Below, piece after piece: positions 1 through 12,615 of a DNA stretch of 64,000 nucleotides. Source of the DNA: Pseudomonadota bacterium (lineage in GTDB: Bacteria > Pseudomonadota > Alphaproteobacteria > Sphingomonadales > Sphingomonadaceae); assembly GCA_023436615.1 (NCBI GenBank), contig JAEZIO010000025.1, positions 19,493 through 83,492 of the forward strand, written 5' to 3'. The position numbers were made by a program, and so were the translations under genes. Numbering within the stretch: the first letter of the stretch is position 1; each line of letters opens with the position of its first letter. The notes beneath the pieces were generated by a model that saw nothing but the letters and a program-made list of their open reading frames with translations, searched no databases and was not told where the DNA came from.

Positions 1-900
1 ATTGCCGTTCGCGATGCCGTGGCGGAGGGCCGCTTCGCGGGTCCGCGCATCAAGGTTTCGGGTGAATCGCTGTCGATCATCGGCGGGCATGGCGATGCCG
101 CGACCGGCCTCCCTCCGGAACTCGCCGAAGCCGTCAACGACGCGCATTTGAATGCGGGCGTCTGCACCGGCGTGCTCCAGTGCCAGCAGGCGGTTCGCTC
201 GCTCGCGGCCGCCGGCGTCGACGTCATCAAGTTCCACGCCACGGGCGGGGTGCTCGATCCTGGCTACATGGGGCTCGAGCAGCATTTTACCGACGAGGAG
301 ATGAAGGCCATCGTCGACATGGCGCATGCCATGCACCTGAAGGCGGCCGCGCATGCGCACGGCGCCCGCGGAATCGAGGCGGCGGTCCGCGCCGGGGTCG
401 ACTCGATCGAACATGGCACGTTCCTCGACGAGGCTGGAGCCCGCGCGATGAAGGCACGCGGCAGCTATTTCTCGGCGACTCTAATGGCATTCGCCGGAAT
501 CGAGCGGCTGCTCGGGACCGGCAAGATGACGCCGGCGTCGGAGATCAAGACGCGCCAGACGCTCGCCAGCTGGGGCAAGGGCCTGAACCTCGCCTACCGA
601 ACGGGCGTGAAGATTGCACTGGGCACCGACAGCGCCGTGGCGCCGCACAGCGAGGCCAACCGGGAAGTCGAGCTGATGGTGACCAAGGGCGGCATGAGTC
701 CGCGCGACGCGCTGATCGCCGCGACGAAGGGCGGCCCCGATTTGATGGGGCTCGGATCCGAGACCGGAACTCTGGAGCCTGGCAAGTGGGCGGACCTGAT
801 CGCAGTCGACGGAGACCCGTTGGTCGATCCGACCGCGGTGCAGCGCGTCGGCTATGTCATGGTCCAGGGCAAAGCCATCCCGATGAAAGGGCCCCAATGA
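1..900 (+). CDS. metal-dependent amidohydrolase (Xaa-Pro dipeptidase-like), 5' truncated by window edge
   Basis: Frame open from base 1; motifs GGHGD, DVIKFHATGG, AAHAHG, SIEHG, GTDS, ADLIAVDGDPL. Confidence 0.85.
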   Translation: MAVRDAVAEGRFAGPRIKVSGESLSIIGGHGDAATGLPPELAEAVNDAHLNAGVCTGVLQCQQAVRSLAAAGVDVIKFHATGGVLDPGYMGLEQHFTDEEMKAIVDMAHAMHLKAAAHAHGARGIEAAVRAGVDSIEHGTFLDEAGARAMKARGSYFSATLMAFAGIERLLGTGKMTPASEIKTRQTLASWGKGLNLAYRTGVKIALGTDSAVAPHSEANREVELMVTKGGMSPRDALIAATKGGPDLMGLGSETGTLEPGKWADLIAVDGDPLVDPTAVQRVGYVMVQGKAIPMKGPQ

Positions 901-2441
901 ACCGCATTTCGTTCTTCGCGCTCGCGCTTGCCCTTTGCGGCGCACCGCTCGCCGCCCAGGAATCGCCGGCGGGAGACACGCCGTCGAAGGACGCGAAAGC
1001 TGAAGCGGCGAAGCCGAACCCGGACCAGGTGAAGGCAAGCGTCGAAGAGGACGCTCAGCCGGTGAAGCGCTCGATCAACGTTCGCGGCAGGTCGCTGTCC
1101 TACATCGCTACGCCCGGCCACCTCACCGTCCGCAACGATGACGGCGAGCCGACGGCAAGCATGTTCTATGTCGCCTACACCGTACCGTCGTCCCGCCCGC
1201 GACCGGTGACCTTCCTGTTCAATGGCGGCCCGGGCTCGTCGACGATGTGGCTGCACATGGGATCGTTCGGCCCCATGAAGGTCGACGCTTCAAATCCCGA
1301 GACCGTTGCCGGCCCGCCGTTCCGCTACGGCCCGAACCCGGACACCCTGCTCGACATCACCGACCTCGTCTTCATCGACGCACCCACCACCGGCCTGTCG
1401 CGGCCGCTGGGAAAGGCGGAGCCGAAAGACTTCTTCGGCGTCGACAAGGACCTCAACGCCTTCAGCAAGACGATCCAGCGGTACCTGACCAAATACCAAC
1501 GGTGGAATTCGCCGAAGTTCATCATCGGCGAAAGCTACGGCACGACGCGCGCGGCCGGGCTTTCCGACATGCTGCTCGACAGCGGAGTTCAGCTCAACGG
1601 AATCGCCTTCGTCTCGACGGTGTTCAACTTCGCCGACTTCCAGGGCGACCAGTCGTTCGTGAACTTCTTCCCGACGCTTGCCGCCAACGCCTGGTATCAC
1701 GGCAAGATCGATCCCAGGCCGGACCTGCGCCAATTCCTCGGCGAGGCGAGCGCATTCGCGAACGGTCCCTACGCGGCCGCGCTTCAGAAAGGGAACGCGC
1801 TCGCGATCGAGGAGAAGCAATCGGTTGCCCGGCAGATGGCGCGCTTCCTCGGCATCTCGCCCGATTACATCCTTCGCGCCAACCTCCGCGTCGACGACAA
1901 CCGTTTCCGGCGCGAGCTTCTTCGGGACCGGCACCAGATCATCGGGCGCATCGATTCGCGCTACGTCGGGACGGAGGCTGACAACGCCGGCGCCGGCACG
2001 ACCTACGACCCGCAGGCGAGCGCGATCACCGGCGCCTTCGTGGGCGCGCTCAACGACTATCTGTTCCGCGATCTCGGTTACAAGACGCAGCTGATCTACC
2101 GGCCCAACAATTATGCGGCGATCTATGGCGGCCCGGACGGCTGGAACTTCCAGCACAAGGGCCCCGACGGCGACCAGCAAATGGCCGACACCAGCGTCGA
2201 TCTTGCCAATGCGATGCGCCAGAACCCGCGAATGAAGGTGATTTCGGTCAACGGCTATTACGACCTTGCGACCCCGTTCCACGGCGCCGACTACGAGTTC
2301 GGGCACCTCGCGCTCGAGCCGCAGCTGCAGGGGAACATTCGCTACACTTATTATGAAGCGGGCCACATGATGTACACGGACCCGCAGTCCGCGCGGCAGC
2401 TTAAGGCAGACCTCGCCGAATTCTACGCGAGCGCCCTGTAA
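897..2441 (+). CDS. secreted S10 serine carboxypeptidase
   Basis: ATGA overlap with upstream stop; signal peptide MNRISFFALAL; motifs FNGGPGSS, GESYG, GYYDLATP, AGHMMY. Confidence 0.9.
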   Translation: MNRISFFALALALCGAPLAAQESPAGDTPSKDAKAEAAKPNPDQVKASVEEDAQPVKRSINVRGRSLSYIATPGHLTVRNDDGEPTASMFYVAYTVPSSRPRPVTFLFNGGPGSSTMWLHMGSFGPMKVDASNPETVAGPPFRYGPNPDTLLDITDLVFIDAPTTGLSRPLGKAEPKDFFGVDKDLNAFSKTIQRYLTKYQRWNSPKFIIGESYGTTRAAGLSDMLLDSGVQLNGIAFVSTVFNFADFQGDQSFVNFFPTLAANAWYHGKIDPRPDLRQFLGEASAFANGPYAAALQKGNALAIEEKQSVARQMARFLGISPDYILRANLRVDDNRFRRELLRDRHQIIGRIDSRYVGTEADNAGAGTTYDPQASAITGAFVGALNDYLFRDLGYKTQLIYRPNNYAAIYGGPDGWNFQHKGPDGDQQMADTSVDLANAMRQNPRMKVISVNGYYDLATPFHGADYEFGHLALEPQLQGNIRYTYYEAGHMMYTDPQSARQLKADLAEFYASAL

Positions 2442-2452
2442 GCACCGCCAAC

Positions 2453-2490
2453 GAAAACGCCCGCCCGGTTTGTGACCGGACGGGCGCTTC
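2453..2490. terminator. probable bidirectional intrinsic terminator
   Basis: Hairpin GCCCGCCCGGT-ttgtg-ACCGGACGGGC between convergent genes, flanked by GAAAAC and CTTC. Confidence 0.7.
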
Positions 2491-2514
2491 TACCTATCGG
2501 TGCGGTGGGTGGGA

Positions 2515-3270
2515 TCAACCGATAGGCTGGAGATTCACGGCGGCGTGCTTGCCGCGCCGGTCTACTTCGAGTTCGAACGCGAGACGGTCGCCCTCGTTGA
2601 GGGTGGGCAGCCCGGCGCGCTCAACCGCCGAAATGTGAACGAATGCGTCAGGCTGGCCGTCATCGCGCTGGATGAAGCCGAAACCCTTCATCGCATTGAA
2701 GAACTTGACGGTGCCCTCGGCCTTTTCGCCCGTGAGCTGGCGCTGCGGCCCGCGTTCGGCGCGCTCGACCTCCATCGGTTCACCATCGATGCGCAGGTTG
2801 GTCGCCGAAATTCGGCCGCCGCGATCCACCAGCGTGAACTCGAGCGGCTGCCCGTCCGCAAGGTCCGTCAGCCCGGCCTGCTCGACCGCGGAGATGTGTA
2901 CGAACACGTCCTCGCCGCCGTCATCGCGAACGATGAAGCCGAAACCCTTCTGCGGGTTGAAGAACTTCACCACGCCTTTGCCTTCGCCGACGACCTGCGG
3001 AGGCATTCCGCCGCCGCCACCGCCGCCGCCGCCGCCGCGGAAACCGCCGCCGCCCCCGCCGCCGCCACGGTCGCCGCCGTAGCCGCCACCACCGTAACCG
3101 CCGCCGCCGCCGCCGCCGAAGCCGCCGCGATCGCCGTAACCGCGATTGCCGCCAAATCCGCCCCGATCGGCAAAACCGCCACGATCGCTCGAACTTTCTT
3201 CGAAGAACCCGTCGCGCTTGTCTCTTCCGCGACCGCCGCGGTCGCCCTTACGCCCTCTGTCGAAACCCAT
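2515..3270 (-). CDS. cold-shock protein with two CSD domains and a Gly/Arg-rich N-terminus
   Basis: Two KGxVKFFN...KGFGFI...D[VA]FVHISAV repeats (RNP1/RNP2); RGG/YGG low-complexity N-terminus. Confidence 0.92.
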   Translation of the reverse strand: MGFDRGRKGDRGGRGRDKRDGFFEESSSDRGGFADRGGFGGNRGYGDRGGFGGGGGGGYGGGGYGGDRGGGGGGGGFRGGGGGGGGGGMPPQVVGEGKGVVKFFNPQKGFGFIVRDDGGEDVFVHISAVEQAGLTDLADGQPLEFTLVDRGGRISATNLRIDGEPMEVERAERGPQRQLTGEKAEGTVKFFNAMKGFGFIQRDDGQPDAFVHISAVERAGLPTLNEGDRLAFELEVDRRGKHAAVNLQPIG

Positions 3271-3486
3271 GCCCGTCAAATATCCTTGTGCCCCAATCGA
3301 CTATAACCAACGCGCTGGGCAGCAATCCGCGCAACCGGTCTTTGGCGTGTTTTGTCCACACACCGTCCACAGCCTTACATGAAAAAAGCTGCGCGCTCTA
3401 GTGATTCCATTATGGGCTGACGTGCTATGGGCGAGCGCCACGCGGAACACGCGGAGCGGCCCGCGGACGCATGACGAGGTGAATGA

Positions 3487-4110
3487 ATGAGCATCTATTT
3501 CCACGAGGAGGACCTGGCGGAGGACGTGCGGTTCGCCGATGGGCCGATCGCCGTCGACACTGAGGCGATGGGGCTGATGCCCGGCCGCGACCGGCTGTGC
3601 CTCGTCCAACTCTCCGATGGGAGAGGCGATGAGCATCTCGTGCGATTCGGAGTCGACAGCGATTATTCGGCCCCGCGGCTCAAAGCGCTGCTGTCGGACG
3701 GCAACCGGCTCAAGCTCTATCACTTCGCGCGCTTCGACGTCGCCATAATGTACAAATACCTCGGGATCATCGCCGCTCCGCTCTATTGCACGCGGACGGC
3801 ATCGCGGCTGGTTCGGACTTACACCGACCGCCACGGACTGAAGGATCTCGTCAAGGAGCTCCTCTGCCACGACCTCTCCAAGCAGCAACAGACGAGCGAT
3901 TGGGGGGCTTCGGAAATCAGCGACGCGCAGAGGGAATATGCGGCGAACGACGTCCGCTACCTGCACGCCTTGAAGGACAAGCTCGACGAGCGTCTCCAGC
4001 GAGAGAACCGAACGGCGCTCGGTCAGGGCTGCTTCGACTTCCTCCCGGTTCGAGCGATGCTCGACATAGCCGGCTGGGCGGAGCAGGATATTTTCGCCCA
4101 TGACGGCTAG
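3487..4110 (+). CDS. rnd: ribonuclease D-like 3'-5' exonuclease
   Basis: DEDDy motifs AVDTE, HFARFD, SDWG, YAANDV; GAGGTG RBS. Confidence 0.88.
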   Translation: MSIYFHEEDLAEDVRFADGPIAVDTEAMGLMPGRDRLCLVQLSDGRGDEHLVRFGVDSDYSAPRLKALLSDGNRLKLYHFARFDVAIMYKYLGIIAAPLYCTRTASRLVRTYTDRHGLKDLVKELLCHDLSKQQQTSDWGASEISDAQREYAANDVRYLHALKDKLDERLQRENRTALGQGCFDFLPVRAMLDIAGWAEQDIFAHDG

Positions 4111-4118
4111 GCCCCGCC

Positions 4119-4754
4119 ATGTCTGACGCGGCTCGCGGGCGCGAGGTCAAGCAGCGCTGGGCCGTGCCCGGAAGCAAGCACGACCGGATCGTTCGCATCG
4201 CCAAGATCGCGCTTCCGTCGGCCGTGGGCGTCCTCATCGCCTTCCTGGCGCTTGCGCCGCTCGACAGGGACAGCGACGTCAGCTTCATCCTCGACAAGAA
4301 CAAGGTCGAGAATGCGCCCGAGCGGATGCGCGTCGACGTCGCGAGGTACACAGGTGAAGACAACGAAGGCCGGCGTTTCGCGATCGTCGCCAAATCGGCG
4401 GTCCAGCGCAGCTCGGACCTTCCCATCGTCGACATATCGGGGATGATGGCGCGGCTGTGGCTGTCGCAGGGGGCGGTGACGATCCTCGCCAATCTCGCCC
4501 GCTACAACCTCGACGAGCAGATGGTGCGCGTGATCGGCCCCATCCGAGTTTCGGGGCCTGAAGGGTACCGGCTCAACACCAGCGACGTGACGGTGGACCT
4601 TAAACGGCGTAGCGTCGTCGGAAGCGACGGAGTGCAGGGCGAAATGAAGCTCGGGCAGTTTCAGGCCGGCCGCCTCCGGGCAGATCTCGGACAGCGCACG
4701 GTCACGCTCGACCAGGGCGCTCGCTTGAAAATCGTGCAGGGCGCAGTCAGATGA
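4119..4754 (+). CDS. lptC: LPS export protein LptC
   Basis: N-terminal TM helix plus beta-rich domain; precedes lptA-lptB-rpoN. Confidence 0.8.
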   Translation: MSDAARGREVKQRWAVPGSKHDRIVRIAKIALPSAVGVLIAFLALAPLDRDSDVSFILDKNKVENAPERMRVDVARYTGEDNEGRRFAIVAKSAVQRSSDLPIVDISGMMARLWLSQGAVTILANLARYNLDEQMVRVIGPIRVSGPEGYRLNTSDVTVDLKRRSVVGSDGVQGEMKLGQFQAGRLRADLGQRTVTLDQGARLKIVQGAVR

Positions 4755-5284
4755 TGCAAATGCGCCGAAAGCTTCTCATCCCGATCGCGCTCGCCTGTGC
4801 CGGAGCTGCGGCGCTCGCCCAGGCGCAGGAGCCGGTTTCGGCGCTCAAGGGTCACAACAGTAACGCGGCAGTCGATGTCACCGCGGACCGCATCGAAGTC
4901 CAGGACCGCGCCGACCGCGCAATCTTCGCGGGCAACGTCCATGTTCGCCAGGACGAGCTGACGCTCGACACCGCTCGCCTCACCGTCGCTTATGCGAGCG
5001 CTGGCGGAATCCAGATCCAGCGGCTCGACGCCAGCGGCGGAGTCACCGTGAGAAGCCCTTCGGAAACCGCCCGCGGCGACTTTGGCGTCTACGATCTCGA
5101 ACGCAAGCTGATCACCCTGATCGGCGGCGTGCAGCTCAGCCGCGGAGGTTCCCAGATCAGCGGGTCGCGGCTCGTGATCGACCTCACCTCCGGCCGCGCG
5201 GTCATCGATGGCGGGCCAGCGGGGGTGGGTCAGAGCGGAGGCCGCGTTACCGGGCACTTCACGGTCCCGAAGCGCGGCAGCTGA
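4751..5284 (+). CDS. lptA: LPS transport periplasmic protein LptA/OstA
   Basis: Signal peptide; ADRIEV...AIFAGNVHVRQ OstA motif; operon context. Confidence 0.85.
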   Translation: MMQMRRKLLIPIALACAGAAALAQAQEPVSALKGHNSNAAVDVTADRIEVQDRADRAIFAGNVHVRQDELTLDTARLTVAYASAGGIQIQRLDASGGVTVRSPSETARGDFGVYDLERKLITLIGGVQLSRGGSQISGSRLVIDLTSGRAVIDGGPAGVGQSGGRVTGHFTVPKRGS

Positions 5285-5291
5285 GAACCTC

Positions 5292-6065
5292 ATGAACGAG
5301 GCATCGGTCCTTGTCCGGCCGGGCGAGCAGGCCGCTTCGACGGGGACGGGCCTCGAAGTGCGGTCCATCGCCAAGGCGTACGATCGCCGCGCCGTCCTCC
5401 ATGACGTTTCCCTGAGCGTCGACCGCGGCGAGGTTGTCGGTCTCCTCGGTCCCAACGGTGCCGGCAAGACGACCTGCTTCTATTCGGTGATGGGCCTGGT
5501 GAAGCCCGACGCCGGCCGGATCATGCTCGACGGCCAGGACATCACTGATCTGCCCATGTACCGGCGGGCCATTCTTGGGCTCGGCTATCTGCCGCAGGAA
5601 ACCTCGATCTTCCGCGGCTTGTCGGTGGAGCAGAACATCCTCGCCGTCCTCGAGGTGTCGGAGCCGGATGCCGAAGTCCGCGGCGAGCGGCTGGAGCGCC
5701 TGCTCGCCGAGTTCGGGCTGACGGGATTGCGTGACAGCCCGGCGATGGCGCTGTCCGGGGGCGAGCGCCGCCGCTGCGAAATCGCGCGCGCGCTTGCTGC
5801 GGATCCTTCGATCATGCTTCTCGACGAACCGTTCGCTGGCATCGATCCGATCTCCATCGCCGACATCCGCGAGCTGGTGCGGGAGCTAAAGCAGCGCGAC
5901 ATCGGCGTGCTGATCACCGACCATAATGTCCGCGAGACGCTGGACATCGTCGATCGCGCCTGCATCATCTACGATGGCCAGGTCCTGTTCCAGGGGACGC
6001 CCGAAGCGCTGGTGGCAGACAGCGAGGTCCGCCGGCTGTACCTTGGCGAAAGCTTCGCCCTGTAG
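5292..6065 (+). CDS. lptB: LPS export ABC ATPase LptB
   Basis: GPNGAGKT, YLPQE, LSGGERRR, LLDEPFAG, ITDHNVRETL, YLGESF. Confidence 0.95.
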   Translation: MNEASVLVRPGEQAASTGTGLEVRSIAKAYDRRAVLHDVSLSVDRGEVVGLLGPNGAGKTTCFYSVMGLVKPDAGRIMLDGQDITDLPMYRRAILGLGYLPQETSIFRGLSVEQNILAVLEVSEPDAEVRGERLERLLAEFGLTGLRDSPAMALSGGERRRCEIARALAADPSIMLLDEPFAGIDPISIADIRELVRELKQRDIGVLITDHNVRETLDIVDRACIIYDGQVLFQGTPEALVADSEVRRLYLGESFAL

Positions 6066-6077
6066 GAGTGCTTGAGC

Positions 6078-7526
6078 GTGGGTCTCGGCCCGCAAATTCA
6101 GCTTCGCCAATCGCAGCAGCTGGTGATGACGCCGCAGCTGACGCAGGCGATCAAGCTGCTCACCCTCAGCAACCTCGAGCTTGAATCGGTCATCGCCGAG
6201 GAGATGGCGAAGAACCCCCTGCTCGAGATGAGCTCGGGCGAGGATAGCGATGCGGCAGCCGAAACGGGCAGCGACGAGCCTGCGGCGCCGTCGCTCACCG
6301 ACGAACTAATTCCGGGCGTGAGCGAAGATTCCCGGCCGCTCGATTACGATTTCACCGAGCAGGCGCTCGAAACGGACAGCTTCGCTGACGTTGCCTCACC
6401 GGGACCTGGCGGCGACGAGTTCGATTTCGATCGCCTTGAGGCGTCAGAGACGTCGCTGTCCGAGCATCTGCTGGCGCAACTCCACGGTGCGTCCGGGTCG
6501 CAAGCTGTTCTCGCCGAGATCATCGTCGGGCAGCTCGACGCGAACGGCTATCTGGCAACGGCGCTCGCCGACATCGCGCACGATGCCGGTGCGACGTTAC
6601 GCGAGGCAGAGGCCGCGCTTGCGCTGGTGCAGGACCTCGATCCGCCCGGCGTCGGCGCGCGCAGCCTTGCCGAGTGCCTGGCGCTGCAGGCCAAGGCGGT
6701 GGATCGCTTCGACCCGGCGATGGCGAGGCTGATCGACAATCTCGATTTGCTGGCGAAAGGCCGGATGAACGATCTGCGCCGAATTTGCGGGGTCGACGAC
6801 GAGGACCTGGCAGACATGGTGCGCGAGCTTCGCGGCTATGACCCCAAGCCGGGAAGCCGCTTCGTCGATGAACCGGCCGAGCAGGTCACGCCGGACGTCT
6901 TCGTTCGCCGGAGCGGCGCGGGACATAGTGTCGAGCTCAACACCGCCGCGCTGCCGCGGCTTCTGATCAACCGCCGCTACTATCAGGAGCTGAAGTCGGG
7001 ACCGCAGGACAAGAATTCGAAAGCATGGCTGAGCGAATGCCTCGCGACAGCCAACTGGCTGGTGCGCGCGCTCGACCAGCGGGCCCGCACGATCGTGAAG
7101 GTCGTCTCCGAGATCGTGAAGACGCAGCAGGGCTTCTTTGAACGGGGGCCGGAGGCGTTGAAGCCGCTGACGCTCCGCCAGGTGGCGGAGGCGATCGAGA
7201 TGCACGAATCCACGGTCAGCCGCGTGACTTCGAACAAGTATCTGCTGTGCGAGCGCGGGCTGTTCGAGCTCAAATATTTCTTCAAGTCCGGTGTCGCGTC
7301 GACCGAAGGCGATGGCGACGGCGCTTCCGCCGAAGCGGTCAAGACGGCGATCCGCGACATCATCGACCGCGAGGTAGAAATCCTGAGCGACGACGCGATC
7401 GCGGCGCTGCTCAAGCAGCGCGGCTTCGACTGCGCGCGCCGGACCGTGGTCAAATACCGCGAGTCGATGGGCGTGGGCTCGTCGGTCCAGCGGCGTCGTC
7501 AGCGCAAGATCGCCGGTCTAGGCTAG
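6078..7526 (+). CDS. rpoN: RNA polymerase sigma-54 factor
   Basis: Gln/Leu-rich region I, HESTVSR, RpoN box ARRTVVKYR; GTG start chosen from AGGAG spacing (TTG at 6072 is an alternative). Confidence 0.95.
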   Translation: MGLGPQIQLRQSQQLVMTPQLTQAIKLLTLSNLELESVIAEEMAKNPLLEMSSGEDSDAAAETGSDEPAAPSLTDELIPGVSEDSRPLDYDFTEQALETDSFADVASPGPGGDEFDFDRLEASETSLSEHLLAQLHGASGSQAVLAEIIVGQLDANGYLATALADIAHDAGATLREAEAALALVQDLDPPGVGARSLAECLALQAKAVDRFDPAMARLIDNLDLLAKGRMNDLRRICGVDDEDLADMVRELRGYDPKPGSRFVDEPAEQVTPDVFVRRSGAGHSVELNTAALPRLLINRRYYQELKSGPQDKNSKAWLSECLATANWLVRALDQRARTIVKVVSEIVKTQQGFFERGPEALKPLTLRQVAEAIEMHESTVSRVTSNKYLLCERGLFELKYFFKSGVASTEGDGDGASAEAVKTAIRDIIDREVEILSDDAIAALLKQRGFDCARRTVVKYRESMGVGSSVQRRRQRKIAGLG

Positions 7527-8287
7527 AGGCTGAGCCGCGCCCAGATCGGCAGGTGGTCGGAGGCTCGCCTGGCGGCCGGACTCATATGCACTCCGGCAGC
7601 GTCGATCCGCACGTTTCCATCGACGATGATTCGATCGAGCGCTGCGACGGGATGGCGCGAATGGAAGCTCGGCCCGGTCGGGACGATGCGGAAGTCGTCG
7701 GGGAGGTCCTTGAGGCAGCCGCCGGCGATCCGCCATTCGTTGGTGTCCCCCATCAGGACCGTCGGCATTTTCTGCGGCCTGTCAGAAATCGCATCGACGA
7801 TCGCCTGAAGCTGGCGGCGGCGCCAAAGGCCGGAAAGGTCGAGGTGCATGCCGACGATTCGCAGCGGCCTGTCTCCCGGCAAAAGCAGCTCGGCCATCAC
7901 GGCGCCGCGCGGCTCAAGCATCGGAAGCTGCAAAGCCGAGCAATCGAGAATCCCGACATCGTGCTTCACCAGCAGCGCGTTGCCGTGCCAGCCGATGTTG
8001 CGGGTGTCGACGCGAAGCAGCCGCTCGGCGTGCTTTCGCGCTTTCTCAAGCGGCCGGCGATGCCGGACCCCCAGCGGCACCGGTTTGTAGAGCCCGTGCG
8101 CGTCGATCAGCTCGTGCGGTACCGCCGAAGCCCGGCCACCGAAGCGCTTGTCGGCCTCCTGAAGCGCGACGACGTCTGCGTGCATTTCGCGCAGCACTTC
8201 GAGCACGCGATGCGGATCGCGCCGCCGGTCGGTGCCGATCGCCTTGCGCATGTTGTAGCTGGCGACGGTGATGGTGCGGCCGGTCAC
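7523..8287 (-). CDS. endonuclease/exonuclease/phosphatase family protein
   Basis: ASYN, VALQE, GNA, GDTN, LDRI, SDHLP motifs. Confidence 0.88.
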   Translation of the reverse strand: MTGRTITVASYNMRKAIGTDRRRDPHRVLEVLREMHADVVALQEADKRFGGRASAVPHELIDAHGLYKPVPLGVRHRRPLEKARKHAERLLRVDTRNIGWHGNALLVKHDVGILDCSALQLPMLEPRGAVMAELLLPGDRPLRIVGMHLDLSGLWRRRQLQAIVDAISDRPQKMPTVLMGDTNEWRIAGGCLKDLPDDFRIVPTGPSFHSRHPVAALDRIIVDGNVRIDAAGVHMSPAARRASDHLPIWARLSL

Positions 8288-8321
8288 GGGTTCGCCAACA
8301 CTGAGCGGTTAACGCAGTTCC

Positions 8322-10854
<2,533 letters not shown>

Positions 10855-10857
<3 letters not shown>

Positions 10858-10882
10858 GCGCACGCGCGTACGCGCGCGCGTG
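10855..10882. repeat. 28-bp alternating pyrimidine/purine quasi-palindromic tract
   Basis: CACGCGCACGCGCGTACGCGCGCGCGTG read directly from the sequence. Confidence 0.95.
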
Positions 10883-11037
10883 AGTCGCAATGAATAAAAA
10901 GAGGGGTCTTGTTTCTTCTACTTTGTGCCCTTCGGGACGGCCCGCCCGGCAGAAGTTACGCGACCGCCAACCACGCTCCGTGTTCATCCACCAGCATAAA
11001 TCACATCGTGACCGCTGTAGGACAGCGCAAAACGCGT

Positions 11038-12411
11038 TCAGCCCTGCGAGCGGACTCGATTGCGGAAGCGGCGGCGGCGGTTTCCTCCGGCCGGCTTGGC
11101 GCCGTCGCTGCGATGTGCCGGATGGCCCGAGGCGCGCTGCGGATGGCGCTGGTTGCGGTTGTCGCGGCGCTGGCCTTCAGCGCGAGCGTCGGCCTTCGTG
11201 CGCTGGCTCGCGTGAACGAACCGACGCTTCTCGGCCTGCTTGGGCGCGGGCTTGAGCGCCCTGGTCGCGTTCACAGCCGTCGCGAAATCCTGCGGAAGCG
11301 CGTCGGGCGCGATCTTCTGCTTCGTAAGCCGCTCGATGTCGCGCAGGTTTCCGCGCTCGTCGGGCGAGCAGAAGGCGATCGCGATTCCGTCGGCGCCGGC
11401 GCGCGCGGTGCGCCCGATCCGGTGCACGTACTGCTCGGGAACATCGGGCAGGTCGTAATTGACGACGTGGCTGACGCCCGGGATGTCGATCCCGCGCGCG
11501 GCGATGTCGGTCGCGACCAACACCTTCACTTCGCCCGACTTGAACAGGGCGATCGCGCGCTCGCGCTGCGCCTGGCTCTTGTTGCCGTGGATCGCGTTGG
11601 CCGGCAGGCGCGCTGCCTCGAGCAGTCGGACGATCTTGTCGGCGCCGTGCTTGGTGCGGCTGAAGACTAGCGCCCGTTCCACCGGCTCCTTGCGGAGGAG
11701 CTCGATGAGCAGGGCCGTCTTCTCGGCCTGGTTCACGAAGGTCAGCCGCTGCTCGATCCGGTCGACGGTCGAGGCGACGGGCGTCACGGAAACCTCCGCC
11801 GGGTTGCTGAGATAGCGGTCGGCAAGCTGTTTGATCGCCTTCGGCATGGTCGCCGAGAAGAACAGGGTCTGCCGCTTCTCCGGAACCAGGGCGACGATCC
11901 GCTTCAGCGCATGGATGAAGCCGAGGTCGAGCATCTGGTCGGCCTCGTCGAGGACGAGGATCTCGAGCTCGCGAAGGCTGAGCACGCGCTGGTCAATGAG
12001 GTCGAGCAGGCGGCCCGGAGTCGCGACCAGCACGTCGAGCCCGCGCGACACCGTGCGGATGCTCTTTCCGTTGGGAACGCCCCCGAAAATGACGCCGACC
12101 GACAAATGCATGAAGCGTCCGTAAGCCTGGGCGCTGGCGGCGATCTGCGAGGCGAGCTCGCGGGTCGGTGCAAGCACCAGCATCCGCGCATTGCCCGGAC
12201 GCGGCCGGCGGTTCTCAGCGGCGAGCCGCTGCAGGGAAGGCAGCATGAAGGCCGCTGTCTTGCCGGTGCCGGTCTGGGCGATGCCGAGCAGGTCGCGGCC
12301 CCTGAGGACCGTCGGAATGGCCTGCAGCTGGATCGGCGTCGCTTGCGAATAATCCTTCACGGCGAGCGCATCGATAAGGGGCTTCGAGAGCCCCAGAGAC
12401 ATGAATGACAT
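11038..12411 (-). CDS. rhlE: DEAD-box RNA helicase (RhlE-like)
   Basis: Q motif, AQTGTGKT, PTRELA, DEAD, SAT, HRIGRTAR; basic C-terminal tail; start at MSFMSLGL. Confidence 0.9.
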   Translation of the reverse strand: MSFMSLGLSKPLIDALAVKDYSQATPIQLQAIPTVLRGRDLLGIAQTGTGKTAAFMLPSLQRLAAENRRPRPGNARMLVLAPTRELASQIAASAQAYGRFMHLSVGVIFGGVPNGKSIRTVSRGLDVLVATPGRLLDLIDQRVLSLRELEILVLDEADQMLDLGFIHALKRIVALVPEKRQTLFFSATMPKAIKQLADRYLSNPAEVSVTPVASTVDRIEQRLTFVNQAEKTALLIELLRKEPVERALVFSRTKHGADKIVRLLEAARLPANAIHGNKSQAQRERAIALFKSGEVKVLVATDIAARGIDIPGVSHVVNYDLPDVPEQYVHRIGRTARAGADGIAIAFCSPDERGNLRDIERLTKQKIAPDALPQDFATAVNATRALKPAPKQAEKRRFVHASQRTKADARAEGQRRDNRNQRHPQRASGHPAHRSDGAKPAGGNRRRRFRNRVRSQG

Positions 12412-12580
12412 TGTTTTTGAAAATCCAAATATGCGGGCGGCGCAGCCGGAAAGGCGCACCGCGAGCGGGTCAAAAAGCGCCCCGCGTGAATAGGAGAGCA
12501 GGAAATCGAGGCGCGGGCCGGTTGCCGCCGAAGCGTTGAGCCGATCACGCCGCTTGAAAAAGCGCCTCGTGTTGCGGTGC

Positions 12581-12608
12581 AATATAGACGCGGAAGTTAA
12601 AAAGTCCA
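12581..12608 (-). promoter_or_regulatory. predicted sigma70 promoter of the helicase gene
   Basis: Minus strand TGGACT-N16-TATATT, giving an approx. 160-nt leader. Confidence 0.55.
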
Positions 12609-12615
12609 CCTCAGC

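Noticed and set aside
180..896. 753-aa ORF suggesting a long N-terminal extension of the S10 peptidase
   Set aside because: The extension overlaps the amidohydrolase out of frame. The real start is the ATGA-coupled ATG at 897, which begins a signal peptide.
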